36,373 nucleotides of DNA. It comes from an uncultured delta proteobacterium (lineage in GTDB: Bacteria; Desulfobacterota; Binatia; UBA9968). The DNA is taken from contig CAVTUQ010000042.1 in the NCBI GenBank assembly GCA_963737905.1, positions 1 through 36,373 of the forward strand, read 5' to 3'. The notes beneath the pieces were generated by a model. It had not been told where the DNA came from and made no database searches. It was given only the letters and a program-made list of their open reading frames with translations. Below are positions 26,943-35,350 of this stretch, piece after piece (positions within the stretch are counted from its first letter, which is position 1; each line of letters opens with the position of its first letter). A program made the position numbers and the translations under genes.

Positions 26943-26958
26943 CGCAACGCGCATGCCA
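26943..26958 (-). promoter_or_regulatory. Sigma54 -24/-12 promoter upstream of glsA
   Basis: Minus strand TGGCATGCGCGTTGCG, close to TGGCAC-N5-TTGC, about 120 bp upstream of the start. Confidence 0.7.
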
Positions 26959-27237
26959 ACGCCCTGCCCTAAACTAGAATTGAAAGTTAGCGAGATAACG
27001 AACTATTTTTGTGAGGCCCATCCGGCAGGAGAGAAAGGACGATTTCTCGATGTATATTTTTTGAGCAAAGAAGTGACTCGATTGTGAGCGCTTGATCATC
27101 GGACTGGTTGGCATCGCCTCCCTCGCCCAACATCGGATGGGTCTGAGATAAAACGCAATCGCCGGGGCGATCGACGAACGAGCGCTACGGATCGAAGGCA
27201 CAGGTATTCAAAGTTCAATGTTCAACGTTTGATTTTG

Positions 27238-27672
27238 CTAACGGCTCATCAGCGCGTCGACGGATAGCGCGCCTCCCCCGCCGATGAGTAACGCCATCGC
27301 CATTAGAAAAAGCGCCAGGCAGTACTCGATGCCGCTGCCCTCCTCTGGGCGGCGCGCCAAAAAAAACCCATATTCCCAGTGAGCCTTTTGCATCGCCATC
27401 GCCATAAAAATGGCCAAACCCAGGGCAAAGGGCCGCGTAAACAAGCCGACCAAAAGAGCGAAGCTGCCGAACAGCTCGATAAACATTGCGAGGGCGCCGA
27501 TGGGCTTGGGAATGCCGTACTTCTCATTCCAATTGGCAAGCATACCCTTGAATCCACGCCCGCCATGCCAACCGAGAGCCTGCTGTGTCCCATGAAAGAA
27601 AAATGTGATCGCGAGTCCCAACCGCAAAAAGACAAAAGCAAAAGATGGCGATGTCTCAAAGATCCAATTCAT
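27238..27672 (-). CDS. DoxX family membrane protein
   Basis: LRLGLA..FFHG.Q, E..G..LLVGLFTR, GIEY, GGGALSVD. Confidence 0.9.
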   Translation of the reverse strand: MNWIFETSPSFAFVFLRLGLAITFFFHGTQQALGWHGGRGFKGMLANWNEKYGIPKPIGALAMFIELFGSFALLVGLFTRPFALGLAIFMAMAMQKAHWEYGFFLARRPEEGSGIEYCLALFLMAMALLIGGGGALSVDALMSR

Positions 27673-27691
27673 TCCGAACCTCCGTGGAGTC

Positions 27692-28009
27692 TCATTCCTT
27701 GATGAAATATTGCATGGGCATCTGGCCCTGTTCGAAGCGGGGATCGTATTCCATCCCCTCGCGAATCCGAGACAAATAGTTGTCCCGGTTCACACCAAAC
27801 AGTTCATAGCGGGAAAGATGATTGAGCAAAAAGGTGTGGACGCCCATCTGATAGAGTTTGCCTACCGCGCCTGAAGTCAAGGCATCGTGCTCTTCTTGGC
27901 TCAGAGAAAAAGCTTTGATCGCTTCTTCGGGGTTTTCTTTCATCCGTTTACGGAAGGCGGGGTCGTTGTCCGTCGAATAGAGCAGTTTGTTGACTTGATA
28001 GATACTCAT
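27692..28009 (-). CDS. LigA-like (extradiol dioxygenase alpha-subunit-like) protein
   Basis: YQVNKLL..D..FRKR..NPE....F.LSQEE..AL..G.V.KLY.MGVH..LL; directly downstream of the LigB-like gene. Confidence 0.75.
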   Translation of the reverse strand: MSIYQVNKLLYSTDNDPAFRKRMKENPEEAIKAFSLSQEEHDALTSGAVGKLYQMGVHTFLLNHLSRYELFGVNRDNYLSRIREGMEYDPRFEQGQMPMQYFIKE

Positions 28010-28015
28010 CTCGTT

Positions 28016-28819
28016 CTACTCCAATTTCCACACCGCATAACCGGAGCCGTCATCGTTTTCCAAAAACAGGGGCCGGGCTTTTCCCACCGCGCCGGTCAGG
28101 GTGATCCAGTTCAGTAGCTCGCCGCTGTTATTGCCCGCCTGGTTAATGCGATCTTCGGTGGCGCGACGGGCCAGCGCCTGGTACTTCCCCTGAACCAGCA
28201 GCCCGGAGATTGTCTCCTCCCACTCCCTGTCGGTCCAACCCCGCAGCGGTCCGCCAACATCCATGGCGAAACAGCCGCTGGCGATGAGCGCCACTCGCTC
28301 CTTGCCTTCCCATGCCTCGACAAAACGGCGCACCATCCGGCCCAGCGAAAAACAACGCGTCGCCAGAGGCAAGGGCGAAGCAAAGCCGTTGGTGTAGATC
28401 GGAACCACAGGCAGCTCCATCGACGGATTGAGAAAGTGCAGCGGCACGACCAGCGAATGATCCAGACGCAGCTCGTGGGCCGCCGCAAGATCGAACTTGT
28501 CATGCAGCCCGTATTTGAAGAGCGCTTTGGCCAGTGGAACGTGGCCGCGCACCGTGTAGCGAGGCATCGGGCACCAGGTTTCCTGGGGACCCTGGGCTTC
28601 TTCCGCCATGCCGACGCAAAACGACGGCAGGTTGTTATAGAAAAAATTCACGAAATGATCGCTATCGAATTCGATAATCAGATCAGGTTCGGCTTTTTCC
28701 ACTTGCTCGCGCACCTGCTTCATCAGCGCTTCACCCCGCATTTTTCCCGGCGATTGGGTCATCTCATAGACAAGTCGGGGCGGATGGGGAACTCCGGCGG
28801 CCAACACTAGCTTTGCCAT
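28016..28819 (-). CDS. LigB/MhpB-like class III extradiol dioxygenase subunit
   Basis: GVPHPP, SDHFVNFF, LDHSLVVPL, VVPIYTN, GELLNWI. Confidence 0.85.
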   Translation of the reverse strand: MAKLVLAAGVPHPPRLVYEMTQSPGKMRGEALMKQVREQVEKAEPDLIIEFDSDHFVNFFYNNLPSFCVGMAEEAQGPQETWCPMPRYTVRGHVPLAKALFKYGLHDKFDLAAAHELRLDHSLVVPLHFLNPSMELPVVPIYTNGFASPLPLATRCFSLGRMVRRFVEAWEGKERVALIASGCFAMDVGGPLRGWTDREWEETISGLLVQGKYQALARRATEDRINQAGNNSGELLNWITLTGAVGKARPLFLENDDGSGYAVWKLE

Positions 28820-28843
28820 GCGCTCTCCTCTCTGGTGTTACTA

Positions 28844-29067
28844 AGGAGTTCCTTGGTGAGTAGACATAATGACGCCCAAGGGGCGAGTCATGCAGCGCGC
28901 GGGCACCCAAACGTAAAGGAAGCGTTCAGGCCCCGGCGCTCGGCACAACCGCCCCTGGAGCGGATCGGGCGGCGGCCGACAAGACACAGGCTGATTGCCG
29001 GCGCGCGGAAGGGCTCGTCCTTTGGGCTTTGGGCAAACCCATGTTGTCCACCTACTTATGAACTCCT
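28844..29067. mobile_element. 224-bp MITE-like element with terminal IRs, TA flanks and a long internal hairpin
   Basis: TA|AGGAGTTC...GAACTCCT|TA; ends match at 22/30 nt as inverted repeats; interior self-complementary (GCCCAAGG/CCTTTGGGC, CGCGCG, TCGGC/GCCGA, CCGCCC/GGGCGG). Confidence 0.65.
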
Positions 29068-29224
29068 TAATAATTCAAATCGACGTTCGCCCCTCTTAAC
29101 ATTGCGCTAAACCCCACGTCAACACGGGCGAGGTTTATTACGAAATGGCACGGACCGTTGACAGCAAAAACCCCCGGTGATAGCGCTGATTTTCAATTAC
29201 AAAAAATCAGAGGGAGGAAAGACC

Positions 29225-29602
29225 ATGGCCAAACTCCGTCACCTCGCGATTCTCACCCATCAGCCGGACAAACTGGCCGATTTCTACAAGCGAGTGTTCG
29301 AAATGGAAGAGGTGGTCCGCACCAAGAACGGCTCGGTCCATCTTTCTGACGGCGAAGTGAACCTGGCGATCCTGAACGCCGCCGATCCGAAGGAACCGGG
29401 ACATCAGCCTGGCCTCTATCACTTCGGCTTTCACGTCGAAGACAACAAAGAAACCGCTAGGCGCATTCAAGAAATCTACCCGGAGGGCGCCCCGAAAGAG
29501 CGCGAAGCCACCTATGCCGAGGGGCGTGGATCGGATCCGGACGGAAATCTTTTCGATATCTCCACGGTGGGATGGAGTGGCAAGCGGAGAATGGATCTCT
29601 AG
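29225..29602 (+). CDS. VOC/glyoxalase family protein
   Basis: KLRHLAI, FYKRVF, LSDGEVNLAIL, GLYHFGF, DPDGNLFDIS; RBS GGAGG. Confidence 0.9.
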   Translation: MAKLRHLAILTHQPDKLADFYKRVFEMEEVVRTKNGSVHLSDGEVNLAILNAADPKEPGHQPGLYHFGFHVEDNKETARRIQEIYPEGAPKEREATYAEGRGSDPDGNLFDISTVGWSGKRRMDL

Positions 29603-29629
29603 GCAAACGCCTCTCTGGGTCCGAACTCC

Positions 29630-29700
29630 GTCAAGGTTCAAGGTTCAACGTGGAAGAGACCGGCTTTTTCTTTGAACTTTAAACCTGGAACATTGAACTT
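29630..29700. repeat. Inverted 7-bp GTTCAAG arrays between convergent genes
   Basis: TCAAGGTTCAAGGTTCAACGT ... TTTGAAC-TTTAAAC-CTGGAAC-ATTGAAC; same unit at 10673-10700, 22385-22411 and 27206-27230. Confidence 0.7.
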
Positions 29701-29707
29701 CCGTTTT

Positions 29708-30178
29708 TTAGCCGAAAAGTAGCCCTGCTGGCCACCGGCTCTCCAGCATGTATTCAAAGAGTCCCCAGATGAGCAGATAAGTGCAGGCCGCCATAATGAG
29801 AGAGGTGCTCCATTTTTCTCTTCCCTCAACCAGGGCGTAAAGAAAGACCAAAAGCGGCAGGGCGATCACGATGCCTAGCAGCCAAATGCCGAGCGCACCG
29901 CCGATGAACCAAGCAAAAAATGTCACGGTGCGACGGAACTCAATCTTCTTGTCCAACTTCACATCGTAGACCTCATCCATCTCAATGCCTCCACCTGCGC
30001 GACCGCGACGCGCTTCCCAACCTGTCGCCTCACGGTAAATCTGGACCAGGACCAGAACAAGGCCGGGAATGGCCGCCACGTACACGGGCATGATCTTGGC
30101 GATGTTCGGCCACCCCCAACCGGCCCAGGCCGCCACCAAGAAAACCACAAGAAAAAAAAGCGTGAAATTAGCTTTCAT
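29708..30178 (-). CDS. tctB: Tripartite tricarboxylate transporter small subunit
   Basis: 4-5 TM; LLGIVIA.P..VF.Y, LFEYML...WP.G; overlaps the tctA end. Confidence 0.8.
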   Translation of the reverse strand: MKANFTLFFLVVFLVAAWAGWGWPNIAKIMPVYVAAIPGLVLVLVQIYREATGWEARRGRAGGGIEMDEVYDVKLDKKIEFRRTVTFFAWFIGGALGIWLLGIVIALPLLVFLYALVEGREKWSTSLIMAACTYLLIWGLFEYMLESRWPAGLLFG

Positions 30179-31703
30179 CTGGAGTCCTCGCCATCGCCCC
30201 GCCGAAAGAGGTTGGAGTCTCTTGCCGGCCCTTTAGCCGGCCGCGCACGGTAAAAACAAGAGAAGCCGCGGCCAGAATCAACAGCACGATGACCGCCGGC
30301 CGCCCAAGCCAGCTAAACCCATAGCTGGCCACCGAGCGATAGAGATACTTTTCCATCAGGTCGCCTAAGACGAGCCCGAGAATCATCGCCGGTCGGGGGT
30401 AACCAAAGCGCCGCATGAAATAGCCCAGAATACCGAAGGCAACCACGACCAAAAGATCGATGGGATCGCGGTTGACGCTGAAGGCGCCCATGAGAATGAA
30501 GATGAACATGAGGGGGACCATGAACGTGTAGCGTACCTCGGCCAGCTTGGCGAGCTGTGCGGCCAAAACAAAGCCGACGAGGGTACCGATGATCCCTGAG
30601 ATCCCCTGAATCCAGACCACGCTAAAAATAACTTCGGGGTTCTTTTTAAGCATCTCCGGGCCCGGCAGATATCCCCACGCGAGTAACGCGACGATAAAAA
30701 GCGCCGTGACCACTCCCTGGGGGAATCCCATCAGCAATGTGGTTATCAGGTCTCCCCCGTCCTTTGCGTCGTTGGCGCTTTCCGGAGCAATGACCCCTCG
30801 CACATCTCCTTTGCCGAAGTTTCCGGGGTTCTTGCTGGTCTGAGCCGCATGGCCGTAGGCAAGCCAGTCCACCACTTGCGAGCCCAGCCCTGGAACAATT
30901 CCCACCCAGACCCCGACAAAACTACAGCGGACCACCAACCACCATTCGCGCAAGGTGTCCTTGACCCCGTCGAACAAGCTTCCCTTGAGCGGCACTGGCT
31001 GCTGCTCGACGCCGAGCTTGGTCAAGGCCAAATCCAGCGCCGAGGGAATGCCAAATAGAGCCAGCGCTATGATGCTGATGGAAATGCCGTCCAATAAATA
31101 GGGCTGGTCAAAGACAAAGCGCATGACGCCGCTTTGCGCCTGTTGGCCGACGGTTGCGAGCAACAGACCAAAGGCTGCGGCAATAAGTCCCTTGATCGGC
31201 CGCCGCCCAGCCAAAACCGCTACCATACTCAATCCCCAGAGCATGACGACGAAAAGCTCGGGCGAGCCCATCAGATAGATCAGAGGCCTGGTCACAGGAA
31301 TCGCAAGAACAAGTGTCAAGGTCCCGATCAAGGACCCCATACCTCCGGCCATGAAAGAAGCCCCCAGCGCGCGCCGCCCTTCGCCGCGCTTGCCCATGGG
31401 GTAACCGTCCAACACGGTGGCCTGGGAGCCTGAGCCTCCAGGGATACCGAAGAGGATCGGCAGGTAAGCCGCGCAAATGGCGCTCACGGAGCTCGCGCCT
31501 ATGAGAAGCGCGATACCAGTAATGGGCTCCCACTTGATGACGATAGGCAGTGCGATGGCATACACGAGCGGCATCCCCAAACCCTGAGGCGCCACGGCGG
31601 TGAAGGTGCCGATGCTGACGCCAAGCATCATAGCCAGGAAGACCTTGAGATGAAGTACATTCAGTAAACCCGTCGCAGCTGCATCGAAAAGTGAAGTCTC
31701 CAT
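30168..31703 (-). CDS. tctA: Tripartite tricarboxylate transporter permease
   Basis: ILFGIPG, ATVLDGYPM.KRG, VPGLG, GVIAPESANDA, LGLVLG. Confidence 0.9.
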   Translation of the reverse strand: METSLFDAAATGLLNVLHLKVFLAMMLGVSIGTFTAVAPQGLGMPLVYAIALPIVIKWEPITGIALLIGASSVSAICAAYLPILFGIPGGSGSQATVLDGYPMGKRGEGRRALGASFMAGGMGSLIGTLTLVLAIPVTRPLIYLMGSPELFVVMLWGLSMVAVLAGRRPIKGLIAAAFGLLLATVGQQAQSGVMRFVFDQPYLLDGISISIIALALFGIPSALDLALTKLGVEQQPVPLKGSLFDGVKDTLREWWLVVRCSFVGVWVGIVPGLGSQVVDWLAYGHAAQTSKNPGNFGKGDVRGVIAPESANDAKDGGDLITTLLMGFPQGVVTALFIVALLAWGYLPGPEMLKKNPEVIFSVVWIQGISGIIGTLVGFVLAAQLAKLAEVRYTFMVPLMFIFILMGAFSVNRDPIDLLVVVAFGILGYFMRRFGYPRPAMILGLVLGDLMEKYLYRSVASYGFSWLGRPAVIVLLILAAASLVFTVRGRLKGRQETPTSFGGAMARTPDES

Positions 31704-31783
31704 TAGATGATCTGTCCTTATTTTTTCGGCTTTGATTTTAAATTACGATCTCTCTCCCTTGTCAAGGAACAAATGAAGTGGGT

Positions 31784-32842
31784 CTAACGAGGCGGCAGAG
31801 GGTCAGCACCCACAATCTTCTTGTACAGCTCGATGATCTCGGGCTCTCGGGGAATGTCCCTGATCGCTTTTTCATGGTCTTCGGGGAGGAGAGGTGACGC
31901 ATCGTCGCCGGTGAGCTTTTTATATTCGCGCAGAAACTCCGGGTCTTTATAGGTTTTGCGAAACGCCTCTTGGAGAACAGCGACGCGATCCTTGGGGGTT
32001 CCGGGCGGAAGGACGGAGGGACCGCCGGCAACCCTGAAAGCACGCGCTAAACTAATCAGCTTGCGCTCTCTATCCGACCTGGCAAAGCTTTCAAGCTCGG
32101 GCAGGTTCTTGAACTGGGGATGTTTGTCCCCCTTGGGGATTTCAAGGATCACGTGAAAATCTACCAAGCCTCCTTCGAGCCAGTCCCGGTTCCGCTGCGC
32201 TACCGAGTCAGCCGCCGTCGCTCGGGCATCGACCTCACCACGCATCAGCGCCTGATCGATCTCAGGTCCGGCATAGCCGGCGATAAACTTAGGATCTTTC
32301 AGACCAAGAATGTAAGCGAACAGGCGGCCTTCACTGTATGTGGAAAAACCCACGGACTGGCCACCGACCCTGACTCCGGAAGCGGCTGTGAGTTTCTCTA
32401 TGCTGCTAAAGCCCGCCTGTTTCCTGCTTAAAAAGAGCGGGTGATACGAGCTGTAGGGCGACCCCAGATAGAAAAACTTATCGAGATCGTAGAGAACTCC
32501 CGATTCTCCGAGCACCGCGGCAGAAACCATGCCGAGCCCGGGGTTTCCGATCATAAGGCCGTCAGCGCGGCCTGATCGGTAGACATAGTTTGCTGCCTTT
32601 CGGCCTCCACCGCCGGGCATGTATTCGCTCACGATACTCGGGTTCCCAGGTGTATATTTTTGCACGAAGGGAATCATAGCTCTTACCCGCATATCTCCTG
32701 TGCCGCCCGGATCCCGGCCCTGGATGATGGTGATGGTCTTCCCTTTGTAAAAATCCGACTGCGCAAAAAGAACGCCCGGGAGAAGCATCAGCTGGGCACA
32801 AAGCGCGATCAAAAATCTTCCAACCAACCAATTTGTTCTCAT
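31784..32842 (-). CDS. tctC: TctC/Bug-family periplasmic binding protein
   Basis: Signal peptide; FYKGKTITII, PGGTGD, MPGGGG, RGEVD, PPGTP. Confidence 0.9.
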   Translation of the reverse strand: MRTNWLVGRFLIALCAQLMLLPGVLFAQSDFYKGKTITIIQGRDPGGTGDMRVRAMIPFVQKYTPGNPSIVSEYMPGGGGRKAANYVYRSGRADGLMIGNPGLGMVSAAVLGESGVLYDLDKFFYLGSPYSSYHPLFLSRKQAGFSSIEKLTAASGVRVGGQSVGFSTYSEGRLFAYILGLKDPKFIAGYAGPEIDQALMRGEVDARATAADSVAQRNRDWLEGGLVDFHVILEIPKGDKHPQFKNLPELESFARSDRERKLISLARAFRVAGGPSVLPPGTPKDRVAVLQEAFRKTYKDPEFLREYKKLTGDDASPLLPEDHEKAIRDIPREPEIIELYKKIVGADPLPPR

Positions 32843-32875
32843 GATGCACTCCTCCTTTGCGTTTGCATGACCCGT

Positions 32876-33952
32876 TCAGCGTGGCGGTAGAGGCTCCGCG
32901 CCCACAAGCTTCTTGAAGAGTTCGATCGCCTCGGGATCCCGGGGAATTTCTTTGATTGCCTTTTCATGGTTTTCGGGCAGCAGAGGCGTCGGCTCGTCGG
33001 CTGTAAGTTTTTTATATTCGCGGAAGAACTCGGGGTCTCTATAGGTCTTGCGAAAGGCCTCCTGGAGAATTTCTACGCGGTCTTTAGGCGTCCCAGGGGG
33101 AAGAACAAATGGCGTGCCGCTAACCCTGAAGGCACGCTGCAACTGAACGACTTTGCGCTCTCTATCCGATTTGGTAAAGCTCTCGATCTCGGGAAGACGG
33201 CTGAACCGAGGATGAGGATGCTTCTCTCCCTTGGGAGTTTCCATAATTGCATGGATGTCCACGAGATCTTTTTCAAGCCACTCGGCGTTGCGTTGAAGGA
33301 GTGTGTCGGGACCGGTGGCTCTTGCGTCGATTTCCCCACGCGCTAGAGCCGGATCGAGCTCGGCACCTCCATAGGCCGCGATGAACTTTGGGTCCTTGAG
33401 ACCGAGCAGGTAAGCGAATAGGCGGCCTTCGTTATAAGTAGAAAACCCAACCGACTGAGCCCCAATCTTAATTCCAGAAGCGGCCCGGAGTTTCTCTATA
33501 CTGCTGAAGCCGGCCTCTTTCCGACTTATAAAAACGGCGTGATAGGTGCTGTACGGAGAACCTAGATAGAAAAACTTATCGATGTCGTACAAAACTCCTG
33601 ATTCTCCGAGTACGGCTAGGGACACCATAGCAGAGCTAAAATTCCCGATGGTCAGCCCGTCAGGACGTGCAGTTCGATAAATGTGGTTGGCCGCCTTCCG
33701 GCTGCCGCCGCCGGGCATATACTCGCTCACAATCGTCGGATTTCCAGGAATATATTTCTGTAAGAAAGGAAACAGGGCTTTTACCCGTAGGTCGCCTGTC
33801 CCGCCGGGATCCCGGCCCTGGATGACGGTAACGGTCTTACCTTGAAAAAATGACGCCTGAGAAAAACCGTAACTCGGCATAAGCCCGAGCGATACCAATA
33901 ATGCACCGACAAACAGCACATGTAATTTAGCTCCGCGATCGCGAGCTTTCAT
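32876..33952 (-). CDS. tctC: TctC/Bug-family periplasmic binding protein (close paralog of 31784-32842)
   Basis: FFQGKTVTVI, PGGTGD, MPGGGS, RGEID, PPGTP; RBS GGAGG before 33952. Confidence 0.9.
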   Translation of the reverse strand: MKARDRGAKLHVLFVGALLVSLGLMPSYGFSQASFFQGKTVTVIQGRDPGGTGDLRVKALFPFLQKYIPGNPTIVSEYMPGGGSRKAANHIYRTARPDGLTIGNFSSAMVSLAVLGESGVLYDIDKFFYLGSPYSTYHAVFISRKEAGFSSIEKLRAASGIKIGAQSVGFSTYNEGRLFAYLLGLKDPKFIAAYGGAELDPALARGEIDARATGPDTLLQRNAEWLEKDLVDIHAIMETPKGEKHPHPRFSRLPEIESFTKSDRERKVVQLQRAFRVSGTPFVLPPGTPKDRVEILQEAFRKTYRDPEFFREYKKLTADEPTPLLPENHEKAIKEIPRDPEAIELFKKLVGAEPLPPR

Positions 33953-34002
33953 ATCAACCTCCATTTTCAGAATTCTCAGGCTCGGCTAGATCACCACTCA
34001 CG

Positions 34003-35067
34003 TTAACGCGGCGGCAGCGGACCGTGTTCGGCCATCTTTTTGTAGAGTCCGACAACTTCAGGGTCGCGCGGCAGCCCGCGGATCGATGCCTCTACCTCTT
34101 CCCCGGTGAGAGGCGAGGGCTCGCCGCCCATGAGTTTTTTGAATTCTTGAGTAAACCCCGGATCTTTGAATGATTTGTTCATCGCTTCACGCAGGGTTTT
34201 AACGATCTCAGCGGGTGTTCCCGGCGGCAAGACATAGGGCCAGCGGGGATACATGAATTCGCGGAACAGGCTGATCACTTGGCGCTCTCTATCATTTCTC
34301 GCCAGGGAGTCCGCATCGGGAACATTGGCGAAGCGGGGGTGAAACGTGCCTTTTGGGATCGTGAGGGTCGCGTGAATGTTGAACTCGCCTTTGGCGAACG
34401 CGTCCGCGTTTCGGCGCACCACCGTATCGGCGCTGTTGGCCCTGGCGTCTATCTCTCCCCGGGTCAAGGCAGCATCCATTTCTACACCTCCGAAGCCGAC
34501 GACGAACCGGGGATCTTTAAGGCCGATCAGATAGGTGAAAATACGTCCGCTGATGTAAACCGCATGCCCCACGGTCTGTGCTCCAACCCTGACTCCAGAG
34601 GCAGAGCGCAATTTTTCCAAGTTGTCGAAGCCAGCTTCCTTGCGGCTCAAAAACACATAGGGATCCCCATGCTCGGTGGAGCCCACATAGATCAGTTTAT
34701 CGATATCGTATTTTACTCCGGGCAACCCGAGGACTGCGCCCGAGGCGAGGCCGGAACCCACCGCGGTAATCGTAAGGCCGTCAGGCTTTGCCGTGGAATA
34801 GGCGTGGTTGACCGCTTTCATGCCGGCCGCGCCAGGCATATTTTCAATGACAATCGTTGGATTGCCAGGAATGTATTTTTTCAAGAACGGAATGAGCGCC
34901 CTGGCTTGCATATCTCCCGATCCTCCGGGCTCCCCGCCACGAAGAATCGTAATCGTTTTGCCCTGGTAATAAGGAGTCTGGGAAAGCACCTCTTTCGGGA
35001 CGAGCGCCGCGGCACTAAGTCCCAACGCCAGCGTGATTACTGCGATCAATTTCATTCTATAAGACAT
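34003..35067 (-). CDS. tctC: TctC/Bug-family periplasmic binding protein
   Basis: YYQGKTITI, PGGSGD, ENMPGAAG, KPDGLTI, RGEID, PPGTP. Confidence 0.9.
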   Translation of the reverse strand: MSYRMKLIAVITLALGLSAAALVPKEVLSQTPYYQGKTITILRGGEPGGSGDMQARALIPFLKKYIPGNPTIVIENMPGAAGMKAVNHAYSTAKPDGLTITAVGSGLASGAVLGLPGVKYDIDKLIYVGSTEHGDPYVFLSRKEAGFDNLEKLRSASGVRVGAQTVGHAVYISGRIFTYLIGLKDPRFVVGFGGVEMDAALTRGEIDARANSADTVVRRNADAFAKGEFNIHATLTIPKGTFHPRFANVPDADSLARNDRERQVISLFREFMYPRWPYVLPPGTPAEIVKTLREAMNKSFKDPGFTQEFKKLMGGEPSPLTGEEVEASIRGLPRDPEVVGLYKKMAEHGPLPPR

Positions 35068-35113
35068 TATCAACCCCCATTTGGATTCGAACAGCGCACA
35101 CAGCCCGTTACGA

Positions 35114-35227
35114 GTTTACCCCGTACCACAGAACGCCCCGTACGTAAGTGCGGGGATAAATGTTCCGAACATCCCCGAAGGGCAACGCCCCAAAGCCACA
35201 GACGTAAGTCCGTGGTACGGGGCTTAC
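35114..35227. mobile_element. Small palindrome-rich element resembling fused IS200/IS605 ends
   Basis: Outer IR CCCCGTACCAC/GTGGTACGGGG; hairpins CCCCGTAC-GTAA-GTGCGGGG and CCACAGAC-GTAA-GTCCGTGG. Confidence 0.55.
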
Positions 35228-35350
35228 GCCGATCCTCTTTAACATTGCTCAAAAGCCCGAGTCAACATTTGCCAAGTCCTCTCTATCGTTGACTGACAAG
35301 AATTTATCAAGTACCGTCCAACACCTACGCGCTTTTTGCTCGGCCGCTCT

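Noticed and set aside
28858-29050. 6S RNA (ssrS)
   Set aside because: The length and hairpin fit, but the central bubble is one-sided and the structure is enclosed by TA-flanked terminal IRs; treated as a MITE pending an Infernal search.
29146-29162. Sigma54 promoter TGGCACGG upstream of the VOC gene
   Set aside because: No GC at the required GG-N10-GC spacing; the overlapping TTGACA-N17-TAGCGC fits sigma70 better.
34279-35292. 337-aa plus-strand ORF
   Set aside because: Antisense to tctC and extends through the palindromic element.
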